Assembly: GCA_030390025.1 (NCBI GenBank)
Contig: CM059433.1
Coordinates: forward strand, 4,898,001-4,962,000
Length of the DNA stretch: 64,000 bases
From: Squalus acanthias
Taxonomy: Eukaryota
Reading direction: 5' to 3'
A program made the position numbers and the translations under genes. The notes beneath the pieces are model-generated. The model searched no databases, was not told the DNA's origin, and worked only from the letters and a program-made list of their open reading frames with translations. Numbering within the stretch: the first letter of the stretch is position 1; each line of letters starts with the position of its first letter. This document shows positions 50,840-64,000 of this stretch, piece by piece.

Positions 50840-51254
50840 TAAATTTGTTAAATCTACAATGAATGTAAACAGAAGGTGACAGTGGCTGAATATAGTGTTT
50901 TTTTTTCTTCCTTTGCTTTTAATTTCTCATGGGTGGCAGATTTTTGTTGTTAGCAGTTAAATCAATCTTGCCTGTTGATAAGCCAGTGGACAATGAATCA
51001 GTTGCAGCCATGGTGCATTGCTTCAATTAAATAATTAGAAAAAGGGTGCAAATTATCGTTGACCTGATGCACCGGTGTTATGCTATGGGTTTGCAGAATG
51101 CAGCGTCTGTGCCTGCAATTTTTCATGTACTGTAGTAGTCAATCTCAAATGGCCACTGCAGACAGAGATCTGTAAATATTATTGCTTAATAATCCTGGGA
51201 GAGTATAGCATAACATCAGAGACCAAGCAACAAGTGATATAATGCTGCATTAAT

Positions 51255-53720
51255 TACATAGAATCTACAGCATGGAAACAGGCCATTTGGCTCCACTGGT
51301 CTATACTGGTGCTTATACTCCACACAAGCCTCCTCATACTCGAATTATCCCTTCTCATCCTGCCCCTGTATCCCTCTATTCTTTTCTTCTTGACTGCATC
51401 AAACCTTCCCTTAAATGTGTGGATGCCATCTGCTTCAACCATTCCATGTGGCAGCTAGTTCCATATTCTCACCACTGTCTGTGTCAAGAAATTCCTGCTA
51501 ACCTCCTGTATTTGTTCTATTAGAGGCAATCTTATATTTATGCCTCCTTGTTCTGGATTTATCCACAAGTGTAAACAGTTTCTCTATGTCCATCCTACCA
51601 TAAGAACAGGAGTAGGCCATTCACTCCTTGAGCCTGTTCCACCATTAAATTAGATTATGGCTGATCTGTACCTCAACTCCATTTACCTGCCATTGCTCCA
51701 TATCCCTCGATACCCTTAGCTAATAAATATCTTATCGATCTCAGTCTTGAAAATTTCAATTGACCCAGCTTCCACAGCCTTTTGGGGAGAGAGTTCCAGA
51801 TTTCTATTACCCTTTATGTGAAAAAGTGCTTCCTGATCTCACTCCTAAATGGCCCAACTCTCATGCTAAGGCCTCCTGAGCAAATTGTTTCTCTGTATCT
51901 ACCCTATCGAATGTCTTTATTTGAACACCTCAATTAGATCACCCCTCAACCTTCAAAGGGAATACAAATCAAGTCCTCATAACTTAACCCTTTAAGCCCC
52001 CTCCCCCCCCCCCCCCCCCCCCCCCGAATCAAACCATTCTGGTGAATCTACGCTGTAGAACTGAAGCATCACTTCCTCACTTGTATTTCAACCCTCTTGC
52101 GATAAAGACCAACATTAGCCTTTTTAAACAAAATGTTTGTACCTGTGCACTAGCTTTCATTGATTTGCATACCTGAACATCTAAATCAAACCCCTTCATA
52201 ATTTTAAAGACCTTTTATTAGGTTTCCTCTTCCAGACAAAAAAGCTCCAGGCTGCTCAATCTTTCCCGATAGTTGAATTTTCTCAATTCTGGTAACATCC
52301 GTGTCAATATTCTATACACTTTTCCAGTGCTTCATTGTCATTTTTGTAGTATGGAGACCAGGATTGTGGTCTGTGGTCCAACCAATGTTCCATATAAATT
52401 TAACATTACCTCGCAGCTTTCATGTTCTGTTCATCCAGAAATGAAGCCCATTTGCACTCTTTACGTCTTTATAAACTTGTGTTGCTACTTTCAGTGATTG
52501 ATGTATCTGCAGTCCCAGATCCCTCTGCCCCTCCAACCCACTTAGTTTCTTATTTTCCAGGAAATAAGTGGCCTACGTATTCCTCCTACCAAAATGAACC
52601 ACATCACACTTCGCCATATTGAATTTCATTTGCCATTGATCCACCTACTCTGCAAGCCTGTATTTTGTTGCAGTCCTTCATATTAGCTATTCCTCCTCTT
52701 TCTCCCTGCCCCCCCCTCCCAATTTGGTATCATCTGCAAATGTCAACACCATATCTCTAATTCCTGAGTCCAAATCATTTTATGTATAAGGTAATCAACA
52801 GTGGTCCCAGCAAGGATCGCTGAAAGTGGTGCCCTTCCCACTTTCTGCCAGTCTGAGTGATCTCCCGTAACTCCTACCCTCTGTTTTGTAGACATCTTTC
52901 AATCTATTCTACTACCTTGCCGCTGACTCCACTTTCCCTGACCTTTGTCATGAGGCTCTTATGTGGCACTTTATTGAAGACCTTCTGAAAGTCCATGTAT
53001 ACCACATCCACTGCAATGTCCTTGTCCACTCTTTTCAGTTCAGTTACTTCAAAGAATTCAGTAAGGTTGGTTAAACACAATCTTCCTTTTAGAAATCCAT
53101 GCTGACAATTTTTTATTATACTCTCCATCTCTAGATCCAGTATCTTTACTACCACTGCTCCATAGTTCCCTGGATTTGTTGTATCTCCCTCTTTGAAGAT
53201 GGGAATTACATTTGCTGTTTGTTAGTCCTCTGCTGCTATTCCTTAATCTTTTGAGTTATGGGGATACTAGTGCCTCTGATATCTCCTCCTAGGTTTCTTT
53301 GAGTATCCACGGAAGCAATCCATCTGGACCCTGGGTTTTGTCCTCAAGTTTGTCTAGTTTATCTTGTATCTCCTTTCTTTCTATCTTAACTGTTGTAATA
53401 TCCCTCTTGACGACTTCTTCCCTTGTCATTTCCTCTGTTAGCCTCTTCAGTGAAAACTGAGGCAAGTATCTACTCGGTATCCCAGTCATTTCATTATTAT
53501 CTCCTGTGAGTTTATCTTGCTCATTTCCTTTGTCGTTCTATCCCTATATTAATTCTCTTTTTGTTACTTATGTGGCTATAGAATACTTTAGTATTTCTTT
53601 TTCTATTCTTTAATATTTTAATTTCATATTTCTTCTTTGCCTTCCTAATTGGCTTTTCTTCCCTTCTTTCCAAAGCTGCTCATATTCCCTTTGTCATCCT
53701 TTCCTTTATTGTTTAGGTAC
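51255..53720 (-). mobile_element. Cluster of older, nested CR1 fragments
   Basis: Tails at 51257 and 51599; minus-strand QHGFLKGRLCLTNLTEFF...YMDFQKVF and GPDGLLPWILKE. Confidence 0.8.
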
Positions 53721-53723
53721 TTT

Positions 53724-55958
53724 ACATAAGAACATAAGAAATAGGAGCAGGAATAGGCCACTTGGCCCCTCGAGCCTGCTCCGCCATTCAATAAGATCAT
53801 GGCTGATCTAGGGCTCAAAGCCACTTCCCAGCCCACTCCCCATAACCCTTCACTCCCTTATCTTGCAAAAATTCGTCTATCTCCACTTTAAATGTATTTA
53901 ATGACCCAGCCTCCACAGCTCTCTGGGGCTGAGAATTCCACAAATTTACGACCCTCTGAGAGAAGAGGTTCCTCCTCATCTCAGTTCTAAAAGGGCGACC
54001 CTTTATTCTGAGACTGTGCCCCCGAGTTCTAGATTTCCCCATGAGGGGAAACATCCTGTCTGCATCTACCCTGTCGAGCCCCCTCAGTATCTTATGTTTC
54101 GATAAGATCACCTCTCATTCTTCTAAATTCCAATGAGTATAGGCCCAACCTGCTCAACCTTTCCTCAAGTCAAGCCCCTCATCTCTGGAATTAACCAAGT
54201 GAATCGTCTCTGAACTGCCTCCAATGCAAGTGTATCCTTCCTTAAATAAGGAGACCAAAACTGTACACAGTACTCAAGGTGCAGTCTCACCATTACCCTG
54301 TACAGTTGTAGCAGGACTTCCCTGCTTTTATACTCCAACCCCCTTGAAATAAAGGCCAACATTCCATTTGCCTTTTTGATTACTTGCTGTACCTGCATGC
54401 TAACTTTTTGTGTTTCGTGCATAAGGACCCCCAGGTCCCTCTGAACTGTAGCATTTTGTAATCTCTCTCCATTTAAATAATAGTTTGCTTTTTTATTTTT
54501 CCTGCCAAAGTGTATAACCTCGCACTTTCCCACATTATACTCCATCTGCCAAATATTTGCCCACTCACCTAGCCTGTCTATATCCCTTTGCAGATTCTGA
54601 GTCCTCTGCACAGCTTGCTTTCCCGCCCATCTTTGTATCATCTGCAAACTTGGCTACATTACACTCGGTCCCTTCATCCAAGTCATTAATGTCGATTGTA
54701 AATAGTTGGGGCCCCAGCACCGATCCCTGTGGCACCCCACTAGTTACCGTTTGCCAACCAGAAAATGACCCATTTATCCCGACTCTCTGCTTTCTGTTAG
54801 TTAGCCAATTCTCTATCCATGCTAATATATTACCCCCAACTCCATGAGCTCTTATCTTATGCAGTAACCTTTTATGTGGCACCTTATCGAATGCCTTCTG
54901 GAAATCCAAATACACCACATCCACTGGCTCACCCTTGTCCACCTGCTTGTTACATCCTCAAAGAACTCCAGCAAATTTGTTAAACATGATTTCCCTTTCC
55001 TAAAACCATGCTGACTCTGCTTGACTGCAGTATGTTTTTCTAAATGCCCTTAATGAAGGACTCCAGCATTTTCCCAATGACAGATGTTAGGCTAACTGGT
55101 CTATAGTTTCCTGCTTTCTGTCTCCCTCCTTTCTTAAATAGGGGTGTTACATTAGTGGTTTTCCAATCCGCTGGGACCTCTCGAGTCCAGGGAATTTTGG
55201 TATATTGCAACCAATGCATCCACTATCTCTGCAGCCACTTTTAAGACCCTGGGATGCAGGCCATCTGGTCCAGGGGACTTGTCTTCTTTTAGTCCCATTA
55301 TTTTACCGAGTACTATTTCCATAGTGATTGTCTTTAGTTTCCCCCTCCCTGTGGCCCCTTGATTATCCATTATTGGGATGTTGTTAGTGTCTTCTACCGT
55401 GAAGACAGATACAAAATATTTGTTTAGAGTCTCTGTCATTTCCCCGTTCCCTATTATTAATTCCCCAGTCTCATCCTCTAAGGGACCAACGTTTACTTTA
55501 GCTACCCTCTTCCTTTTTATATACCTGTAGAAGCTCTTACTATCTGTTTTAATGTTTCTTGCCAGCTTACTCTCTCAATTCATTTTCTCTCTCTTTATTA
55601 TTTTTTTAGTCATCCTTTGCTGGTTTTTTAAAAATTTCCCAATCCTCTGGTCTCCCACCCATCTTGGCAACATTGTATGCCTTCGTTTTCAATTTGATAC
55701 CATCCTTTACTTCCTTAGTTAGCCACGGATGGTGCTCCCTTCTCTTAAAATCTTTCTTTCTCACTGAAATATATTTTTGTTGAGAGTTATGAAATATCTC
55801 CTTAAATGTCTGCCACTGCATTTCAACTTTCTTACCCTTCAATTTGTTTTTCTAGTCCACTTTAGCCAGTTCTGCCCTCATGCCATTGTAATTGCCTTTG
55901 TTTAAGATCAGGACACTGGTTTGGGATACAACTTTCTCACCCTCCAACTGAATTTGAA
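53724..55958 (-). mobile_element. CR1 LINE 3' ~2.2 kb, RT frameshifted
   Basis: Tail acataagaacataagaa; [29 protein letters not shown]. Confidence 0.95.
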
Positions 55959-56059
55959 TGTAAGCCTTTCTCTTTAGATTCAATTTTTTTCCCTCAATTC
56001 CTCATTTATCCATACCATCGCAATTGTGGCTAGTTTGTTCTTGGTGTTGATTTTAATCT

Positions 56060-56712
56060 GGAGTGGGTTTTGGATGAGCGGGTTGGGGAGTGGAAAATGC
56101 TCGCTGGCCTAGGTTTCAGGCCCAAGGTAGTTTAACTCCTGGGCCTCGCTGAAATGTTGCTAGTTCACTTACAGGGTAGAACGGATGGGAGAAGGGTGCA
56201 GAGCAGCGACCAGCAGGCAAACATTGGAAGGCACTTGGCCGTGCGCCAGCTTCCAACTATGACATGGGGACGGGTTTCGGGAGGGTCTTGCGGCAAGCGG
56301 GGTGGGGTGGTAGGAAATAGGAAAGTGTCCGGGGCAGGGGAGGCCCTGACTTTCCTTGGGGTGGGGGTGGGGGCGTGCCTAGAAGAGCACACTTACTCTT
56401 CTCGCTTCACAAAGGAATTTTTTTAACTTACCTGGAGGACCACTTTATCCTCCCCACCAGCTGCTGACCTGCTTCACGTTAGTGTGAAAGCTAAAGCAGC
56501 TTCTCCGCTTAAGCCCTTGTTAAAATGGCATGGGGGTCTGATTGACGTCTCGGGTCATCAATTGATTGTGTGAGAGCCCCGCCTGAGTCCAGCAGGCGCC
56601 TCATCCACCGTGAAAACGAGCAGTGTTAAGATCAGAAATATTGAGCAGTAAATGGAGCCGCTGTATTTTAACTCTGTTCCCGCTGAGTGGGGAGTGTTAA
56701 AATGCCCCACCC
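56060..56712. mobile_element. GC-rich repeat, possibly Harbinger-like MITE
   Basis: Composition and motifs resemble 5543-6384; right end gttaaaatgcccc; left TIR unclear. Confidence 0.35.
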
Positions 56713-56779
56713 CCACCCATATCTTTTAGTGGAATATATTTCTCCTGAACTCTTATCAGTCTCTCTTTAAATAATGTCC

Positions 56780-58935
56780 AGTGTGTGCATCCCATGGATT
56801 GTACACACTGCAGCCCCAGTGTGCCGGTGGTGGAAGGAGTGGATGTTTAAGGGCTGCCGATCAAGTGGAGTGCTTTGTTCTGGATAGTATCGAGCTTCTT
56901 GAGTGTTGTTGCAGCTGCACCCGTCCAGGCAAGTGGAGTTTATTCCATCTCACTGCTGACTTGTGCCTTGTAGGTGGTTGAGAGGCTTTGGGGAGTCGGG
57001 AGGTGATCCACTCGCCGCAGAATACCCAGCCTCTCACCTGCTCTAGTAGCCATGGCATTTCTGTGGCTGGTCCAGTTGAGTTTCTGGTCAATGGTGGCCC
57101 CCAGGATGTTGATAATGGGGGATTTGACGTGGTAGCACCATTATATGTCAAGAGGAGCTGGTTAGACTCTCTCTTGTTGGAGATGGTCATTTCCTGGCAC
57201 TTGTGTGGCGCGAATGTTGCCACTTTTCAGCCCAATGGACTGCTTCATTATCTGAGGAATTGTGAATGGAGCGGAACACTGTGCAATCATCAGCGAACAT
57301 CCCCACTTCTGACCTTATGATGGAGGAAAGGTCATTGACGATGCAGCTGAAGCTAGTTGAGCCTCAGATGCTGCCCTGAGGAACTCCTGCAGCGATGTTC
57401 TAGGGCTCAGATGATTGACCTTCAACAACCACAGCCATCTTCCTTTGTGCTAGGTATGACTCCAGCCACTGGAGAGTTTCTCCCCTGATCATCATTGGCT
57501 TTAGTTTTACTAGGGCTCCTTGGTGCCACACTCAGTCAAATGCTGCCTTGATATCCAGGGCAGTCGCTCCTCACCTCTGCAATTCAGCTCTTTTGTCCAT
57601 GTTTGGACCAAGGCTGTAATGAGGTCTGCAGTGGAGTGGTCCTGACAGAACCCAAACTGAGCATTGGTGAGCAGGTTATTGGTGAATAAGTGCCACTTAG
57701 TAGCACTGTTGATGACTTGTTCCATCGCTTTGCTGATGATTGAGAGTACACTGACAGGACAGTAATTGGCCAGGTTGGATTTGTGGACAGGACATACCTG
57801 GGCAATTTTCCACATTGCTGGGTAGTTGCCAGTGTTGTCGCTTGCTGGAACAGCTTGGGTAGTGGCGCAGCTATGTCTGAAACATAGGCTTTCAGCAGTA
57901 CAACCGAGATGTTGTCGGGGCCCATAGCCTTTGCTGTACCCAGTGCGCTCAGCCGTTTCTTGATATAAGAGAAAGACTTACATTTCTATAGCGCCTTTCA
58001 GGATCACTGGATGTCCCAAAGCGCTTTACAGCCAATGAAGTACTTTTTTTTGAAGTTAGTTGTTGTAATGTAGGATACGCGGCAGCCAATTTGTGCACAG
58101 CAAGCTCCCACAAACAGCAGTGTGATGATGACCAGATAATCTGTTTTTGTTATGTTGGTTGAGGGATAAATATTGGCCAGGACACTGGGGATAACTCCCC
58201 TGCCCTTTTTCAAAATAATACCATGGGATCTTTTACGTCCACCTGAGCCTCGGTTTAGCGTCTCATCGAAAAGACGGCACCTCCGACAGTGCAGCACTCC
58301 CTAAGCACTGCACTGGATTGTCAGCCTAGACTTTTGTGCTCAAGTCTCTGGAGTGGGACTTGAACCCACAACCTTCTGTCTCAGACGCAGGATATCACAT
58401 GGACTGAATCAAATTGGCTGTAAGCTGCTATCTGTGATAGTGGAAACCCCGGGAGGAGGCCAACAAGGATCATTCACGCGGCACTTCTGGCTGTAGATGG
58501 TTGCGAAAATTTCAGCCTTGTCTTTTGCATGCACGTGCATTGAGGATGGGGATGTTCATGGAGCTTCCTCCACCTGTTAGTTGCTTCATTGTCTAGCACC
58601 ATTTGCAACTGGATGTGGCACAACTGCAGAGCTTTGACCTGATCTGTTGGTTGTGCAGTCGCTTAGCTCTGTCTTAGAGCATGCTGTTTAGCATGCATGT
58701 AGTCCTGTGTAATAGGTTGTTAAGTCATTTTCAGGTATGCTCCTGGCCTGCTCTTCTGCACTCCTCATTGTACCAGGGTTGGTCATCGGCCTGATGGTAA
58801 TGGATGCGTGAGGGATATGCCGGGGCCATGAGGTTACAGATTGTGGTGGAATACAATTCTGCTGCAGCTGATGGCCCACAGTGCCTTGTAGATGCCCAGT
58901 TCAGAGATGCTAGATCTGTTCTGAATCTATCCTGC
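56780..58935 (-). mobile_element. Non-LTR retrotransposon RT fragment of a third clade (neither the HER1 nor the L2 copies here)
   Basis: Minus-strand GPDNISVVLLK, WKIAQVCPVHK...NYCPVSVLSIISKAME...QFGF...STADL... Confidence 0.85.
57967..58390 (-). mobile_element. DeuSINE nested in the LINE, slightly 5' truncated
   Basis: Reverse complement of the 20256-20716 type; gatat duplicated at 57962-57966 and 58391-58395. Confidence 0.9.
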
Positions 58936-59157
58936 AGCTATCTAGTTTCCTCTCAAATCATTCTCTCTATACTGTGGTTGATGTCTCCTCTCAGATTGTT
59001 TTCATTAAATAATTCCCGTGACCCACTGTCCTACTTCTTCATATCAATAACCTTTACTCATCACCCACCCCAGCCACTCTTGCGAATGATTTCAGTCCAC
59101 ATTCATTAGTTTCCTTCAGATTGCAAACCTTCAGTGCTCCCAGTATCCATTCTTCTC

Positions 59158-59304
59158 TTGAAAAACTATGAATGCTGGAATTCTGAAATCAAAACTAAAA
59201 ATGCTGGAAATACACGGTAGGTCGGTCAGCATCTGTCAAAAGAAAAGACAAGTTCTGGCATTTCAGGTGTGCCCTTCATTTTCAGCATTTTCTGTTTTTA
59301 TTTC
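59158..59304. mobile_element. Solo Penelope (family A-like) terminus with partial fold-back, 12-bp TSD
   Basis: aaaatgctggaaatacac...cagcatctgt...cagcattttctgtttttattt; TSD tccattcttctc at 59146-59157 and 59305-59316. Confidence 0.75.
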
Positions 59305-59999
59305 TCCATTCTTCTCGCAAACTAAGGGCTGAATCACTAAATCTTGATCTCCATGGCCTTTAATGAAATAGTGAAAATCTTACTTACTTCAGAAACAGTT
59401 TCTTAATATCTCAGAAGTCTAACCAGCAGCTACAATCTCTTCCTTCTGAAAACCTTCGTCCTTCTTCACCTATGGATGTTCTTGGCCTCTCTATTTCTTC
59501 AGACCTGAATTGGAATTCCCAGAACTCTTCATTTTAAAAAGTTGACTCCAAGAAGCTGTTTCCTCTTTCATGTCAGATTTTTTTTTCTCAACAATTCTTC
59601 ACTCTCTCTGAAATACAATTCTAACCAAGACTAAAGTACTGCTTTCATGTCTGGGAAGCCTCTTTCAGCACGCCTCTTTGCATTCCTGGTCAGAATACAA
59701 GAAAAGGCGTGGTTGGTGATTTGTATCTTAACCCTAGCCGCCAGTCTTAATTAATTAATCAATCAATCAGTTTCCATCTGTCATAACAAACTTGTCATTC
59801 CCTATTTTATAACTGCTACTATGATCAGATATATAATTTCAAAGTGATTAAAAAATGCATAAACTGAGAAATGTAGCATGATGTTGTGCAACTGCACGAT
59901 GAGGGATTCAACATATTGCTATTACGCTTGAATTTTTTGCAGAGAGAAAGTTGCTATTGTACGAGTATACAAAAAAGTAAAGCTCCATTTGTCACATGA

Positions 60000-60173
<174 letters not shown>

Positions 60174-61059
60174 TAAACTTTTAATAACATTTGTATGAGC
60201 AAATATTAGCAAGTTTACAAGTGCAATCCTTAGTAAAAGGTACCATTTATTTCTGGATTGAAGTATGATATAAACTTGAGGCCTCTTGTCATAATGATTG
60301 ATATTTTTCAGTTTAAAACAAATAATTAAAACAAAAACACCCGTAGTCGTAGATATTGAACCCCCATTCATTTCCCTGTGAAATGTATAACTAAGTTTCT
60401 CTTCAGAATCTTTCCTCTGTTCATTGACCATCATTGCTCAAAGCTGAGGTGGTGGACTTTTCCATGATTCCTGCCAATGGTACGAATGCAATTGGTCAGC
60501 ATGAGAAAAGCTTTTGGTGGAGCCGGATAGACTAAATTAATGATCAGTTTAGCATGTTGGAAGATTCTTTCACTACCACCATAACAAAGTAATGGATTGT
60601 AGTTGTCCGTGTGAAGCTTCTTGAGATTTGTCAGTAAGTCTTTGAGATGCCTTCAATCTTTGGATTGCACTACTCATGTAAGTTATAAACCATTTGTGAT
60701 GTTTTGGTGAAATTAAATTAAATTGAAAATGCTATTATAATGTCAAATTTGGGTTTAAATGCATCTGTTTGCAAGTTACTGTGAATGTTTATCTGCAGTG
60801 AAAATGTTTAAAGTTGGGAATTTCATTTTGGGTCAGCTTCAAGTCAGGAAGCTCATTGCATTATCAGCAATCAAAGCAAAAGTATTTAGCTGGTCGTTGA
60901 GTACTGTGAAGAAAGGTCATTTTGGGAAACTGCCCATGTGCCAGTTGCATATAAGCATAGACAAATTCTTGGATTTTTATCCTAAAAAAATCTTCACAAC
61001 TAACAAATTTTCAGTGGTATTTATAGCTTAATTGCGAAATTTAATATATTTGATTTTCT

Positions 61060-62002
61060 TAACAACAACAATTTGTATTTATATAGCGCCTTCAACGTAG
61101 TAAAACATCCCAAGGCGCTTCACAGGAATATTATCAAACAAAATTTGACACCGAGCCACATAAGGAGATATTGGGGCAGATAGGTCAAAGAGCTAGGTTT
61201 TAAGGAGCATCTTGAAGGAGGAAAGAGAGAGAGAGAGAGAGGTTTAGGGAGGGAATTCCAGAGCTTAGGGCCATGGCAGCTGAAGGCACGGCTGGCAATG
61301 GTGGAGTGATTAAAATCGGGGATGCGTAAGAGGCCAGAATTGGAGGAGCGCAGATATCTGAGGGTTGTAGGGCTGGAGGAGGTTAGAGATGGGGAGGGGC
61401 GAGGCCATGGAGGGATTCGAAAACAAGGATAAGAATTTTTAAATCTTGCTGTTGCTCAACCAGGGGTCAATGTAGGTCAGCGAGCACAGGGGTGATGGGT
61501 GAACAGGACTTGGTGCGAGGTAGGATATGGGCAGCAGAGTTTTTGGATAAGCTTAAGTATATGGAGGGTGGAAGATGTGAGGCTGGCCAGGAGTGCGTTG
61601 GAATAGTCAAGTCCAGAGGTAACAAATGCACGGATGAGGGTTTCAGCAGCGGATGAGTTGAGTTGGGCGATGTAACGGAGGTGGAAGTAGGCGGTCTTAG
61701 TGATGGTACGGATATGTGGTTGGAAGCTCATCTCGGGGTCAAATATGACACTAAGGTTACGAACAATCTGGTTCAGCCTCAGACAGTTGCCCGGGAGAGG
61801 GATGAAGTCAGTGGCTAGGGAACGAAGTTTGTGGCGGGGCCCGAAGATAATGGCTTCAGTCTTCGCAATATTTAATTGGAGGAAATTTCTACTATGTCAG
61901 ACAAGCAGTCTGACAATTTAGAGACAATGGAGGAGTCCAGAGAGGCGGTGGTGAGGTAGAACTGGGTATCGTCAGCATACATGTGGAACTTGACGTGTTT
62001 TA
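61060..62002 (-). mobile_element. L2 LINE 3' ~940 bp
   Basis: Tail aacaacaacaatttgtatttatatagcgcc; minus-strand YADDTQ and GLDYSNALL. Confidence 0.92.
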
Positions 62003-63417
62003 CTTTAAATAAACAGTAATTTTTAGCAATTCTTACTCAAAGCATTTAAATATTCGAAGCGTAAGCAAACTTTTAAAGGAACAGTATTTCGTCAAATCCT
62101 TTTAAGTATGTCCAGATCTGATGGGATAGTATTTTATAGACCTTCATTTTTAAAATAAAATTTCAACACTTAAAAAAACCCAAAATGCATTGCTAAATGT
62201 TACAACTGTGACTTTTTGTATTAAAGAGGGGTCTAAGATCATGGGGCATAGCCCTTTCATAACCTTGTTTTTGCTGTATTTTGTCAGTTCTGAACAGAAA
62301 TTCCTACTGTGGTTGCCTAGCGTTGACCTAAAGTCTACACTGTAAACAGCACTTAACTTTCTTTTCAAATATTTTTGCATATAGTAAAGGTCAAAGTTTA
62401 TAGTCGTCACAGTAAATAGAGAAAGTATATTTATGAACTTTGTTTCTGCTCTGTTGCTTTACTTCAAATAATCAGCAGCAGTCTTTTAAAAAATAAAACT
62501 GACAGTAAAGACTCATTACATTTCTGTTTAAAATTGAAAGCAAATGGAGAGTCTCGCTTTTCCCTGCTTTCTTTTCAGAGGTATGCTGTGATGCCTCTGC
62601 CTGGGATGGAGGGCTAATAGTTTTCTCATCTTCTGCTGCACAAGTGAAACTGCTCTACAACCTGCAGCAGCCAGTAGTTTTATCTGCACTGAGGAGAGTG
62701 ATAAATCTCTATCTTAATGAGATTCACTTAATTAATTTCAGGGAGCAATGCTAATAGTACGCATGTTGTCGGGAGAAGTTTGATTCTTCTGCAAGTTCTT
62801 GCATAATTATCTTGAAACATAACTGTTGAGGCAGTGTACAGGGAGTTGTATCCTGCAAATAATTTAAACTGTACCTGGCCATTGGTGTACTTGTTGCTGA
62901 TTTTGGGTATGGAAAACTAATTTTGTGTATAGGTTCTTTGCTTTGATGGGTACCAGAAACTAAGTCAACCTTTCCCCTTGAAAAGAATGCAGGTAAAGAA
63001 GAACTAATATGTGAACAGTTCGGGTAGGTCTAATTATAGTTACAATTCATTGATAAACTCCATAATGCTGATGATTCTTGTGTAAAATATTCTGCCAGTG
63101 TAATATTAGAAAATTAAAATTATTAGCAAGTCATCAGTACAGATCCTACATGACTTAAATGACTATTTTATGATCATTTTTAAAATAAGATTTCCTTATT
63201 TTGTTTTCAGTTTTCGTATGTTCTCTGTTGAGCTGTGCTGATGATAACTATACTAATGGGGGGGCAAAGTATTTGAACATTCTTTACATAGTTATGTAAA
63301 AATGGGCCATTTGTTTGCACAGGCACATGCAGGAAAATGTTACAAGCATGCAAGAGACATTATGAACAGTTAACGTTTGAGAACTAGGCTCTGGTCGAAA
63401 AGTGCATTTAGAAACTT

Positions 63418-64000
63418 GGGGGGGGAGAAGTTGGGCTCTGTAGCGCCCATTTTTTTGAGCACTGAGGCCTCCTAAAGTTTGAAAATGGCGTCCGCAATGC
63501 GCGCGCACAATTCAGACATGAAGTGCACTGGACGCCATATTCGTAAAGGGCTTTTCACGCGCGCGCCTAATGACTGTCAGCATCATGCAGAGCAGGCAGA
63601 TCATGATGTCGATCAGTGTGCAACACGCCAGCGCTGCCATTTTCGAGCTCCACGCTCTAGCCTGTGCCCTCTCTTAACCTCGCATGGCTGAACACAATGT
63701 TAAATGACATGAATGTCTCCCCACCAGTGCTACTTAAAGGGATCATGAACTATTTACAGGTTAGTTGCTGGACTATTTCTTCTGGCTGTTTGTGCAATTC
63801 TATGCATTTTGGGAGGTTTTCCATACTTGTCTAAAGTTTCAGTAGTTTACAGGGAGTGGTCTGGCTGGTGCTGAAGTACTTTTTTTGGTGGTTTAAAGGT
63901 TTGTGCAGAAACCAGTTGCTTCCAGACTTGGGTGGCCTAGTAGGCCTTCCTCTTGGAATTGAGCATGACTGGGAGAATGCAGAGCAGGACAAGCTGCTAG
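63418..64000 (+). mobile_element. Left end of a probable Harbinger-like transposon running out of the window
   Basis: Abrupt switch to CpG-rich sequence beginning gggggggagaagtt; aaaatggcgtcc / gcgcgcgc subterminal motifs. The other end is not visible. Confidence 0.4.

Noticed and set aside
62560..62640. Possible ROCK2 exon 8
   Set aside because: The sequence after the acceptor does not encode the expected EVRLGRNG motif; exon 8 was not found in the window.

Overview
Eukaryotic vertebrate DNA, most likely from a shark or other cartilaginous fish (inferred from HER1-like CR1 LINEs, Deu-domain SINEs and Penelope elements). The window lies inside one + strand gene, Rho-associated kinase ROCK2. 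Six coding exons, numbered 2-7 by analogy to mammalian ROCK2, have canonical AG/GT boundaries, splice in frame and encode most of the kinase domain. The first ~40 kb appears to be intron 1; I did not find exon 1 or exon 8. The introns are full of mobile elements: CR1 LINEs (one near full-length with esterase ORF1), L2 LINEs, a third non-LTR family, DeuSINEs, an older tRNA-SINE family, Harbinger-like TIR elements and Penelope-like elements (PLEs). The most striking structure is a set of TSD-flanked fold-back (palindromic) insertions, probably PLE-derived, carrying minimal type-I hammerhead ribozyme motifs with visible covariation. One is a ~430-bp near-perfect hairpin. Other points of interest are inverted young CR1 copies bracketing the in-frame exon 2-4 block (possible circRNA), a twin-primed CR1, and a CR1 5' UTR that could act as an alternative promoter. 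Repeat boundaries were read by eye and are approximate unless a TSD is given.
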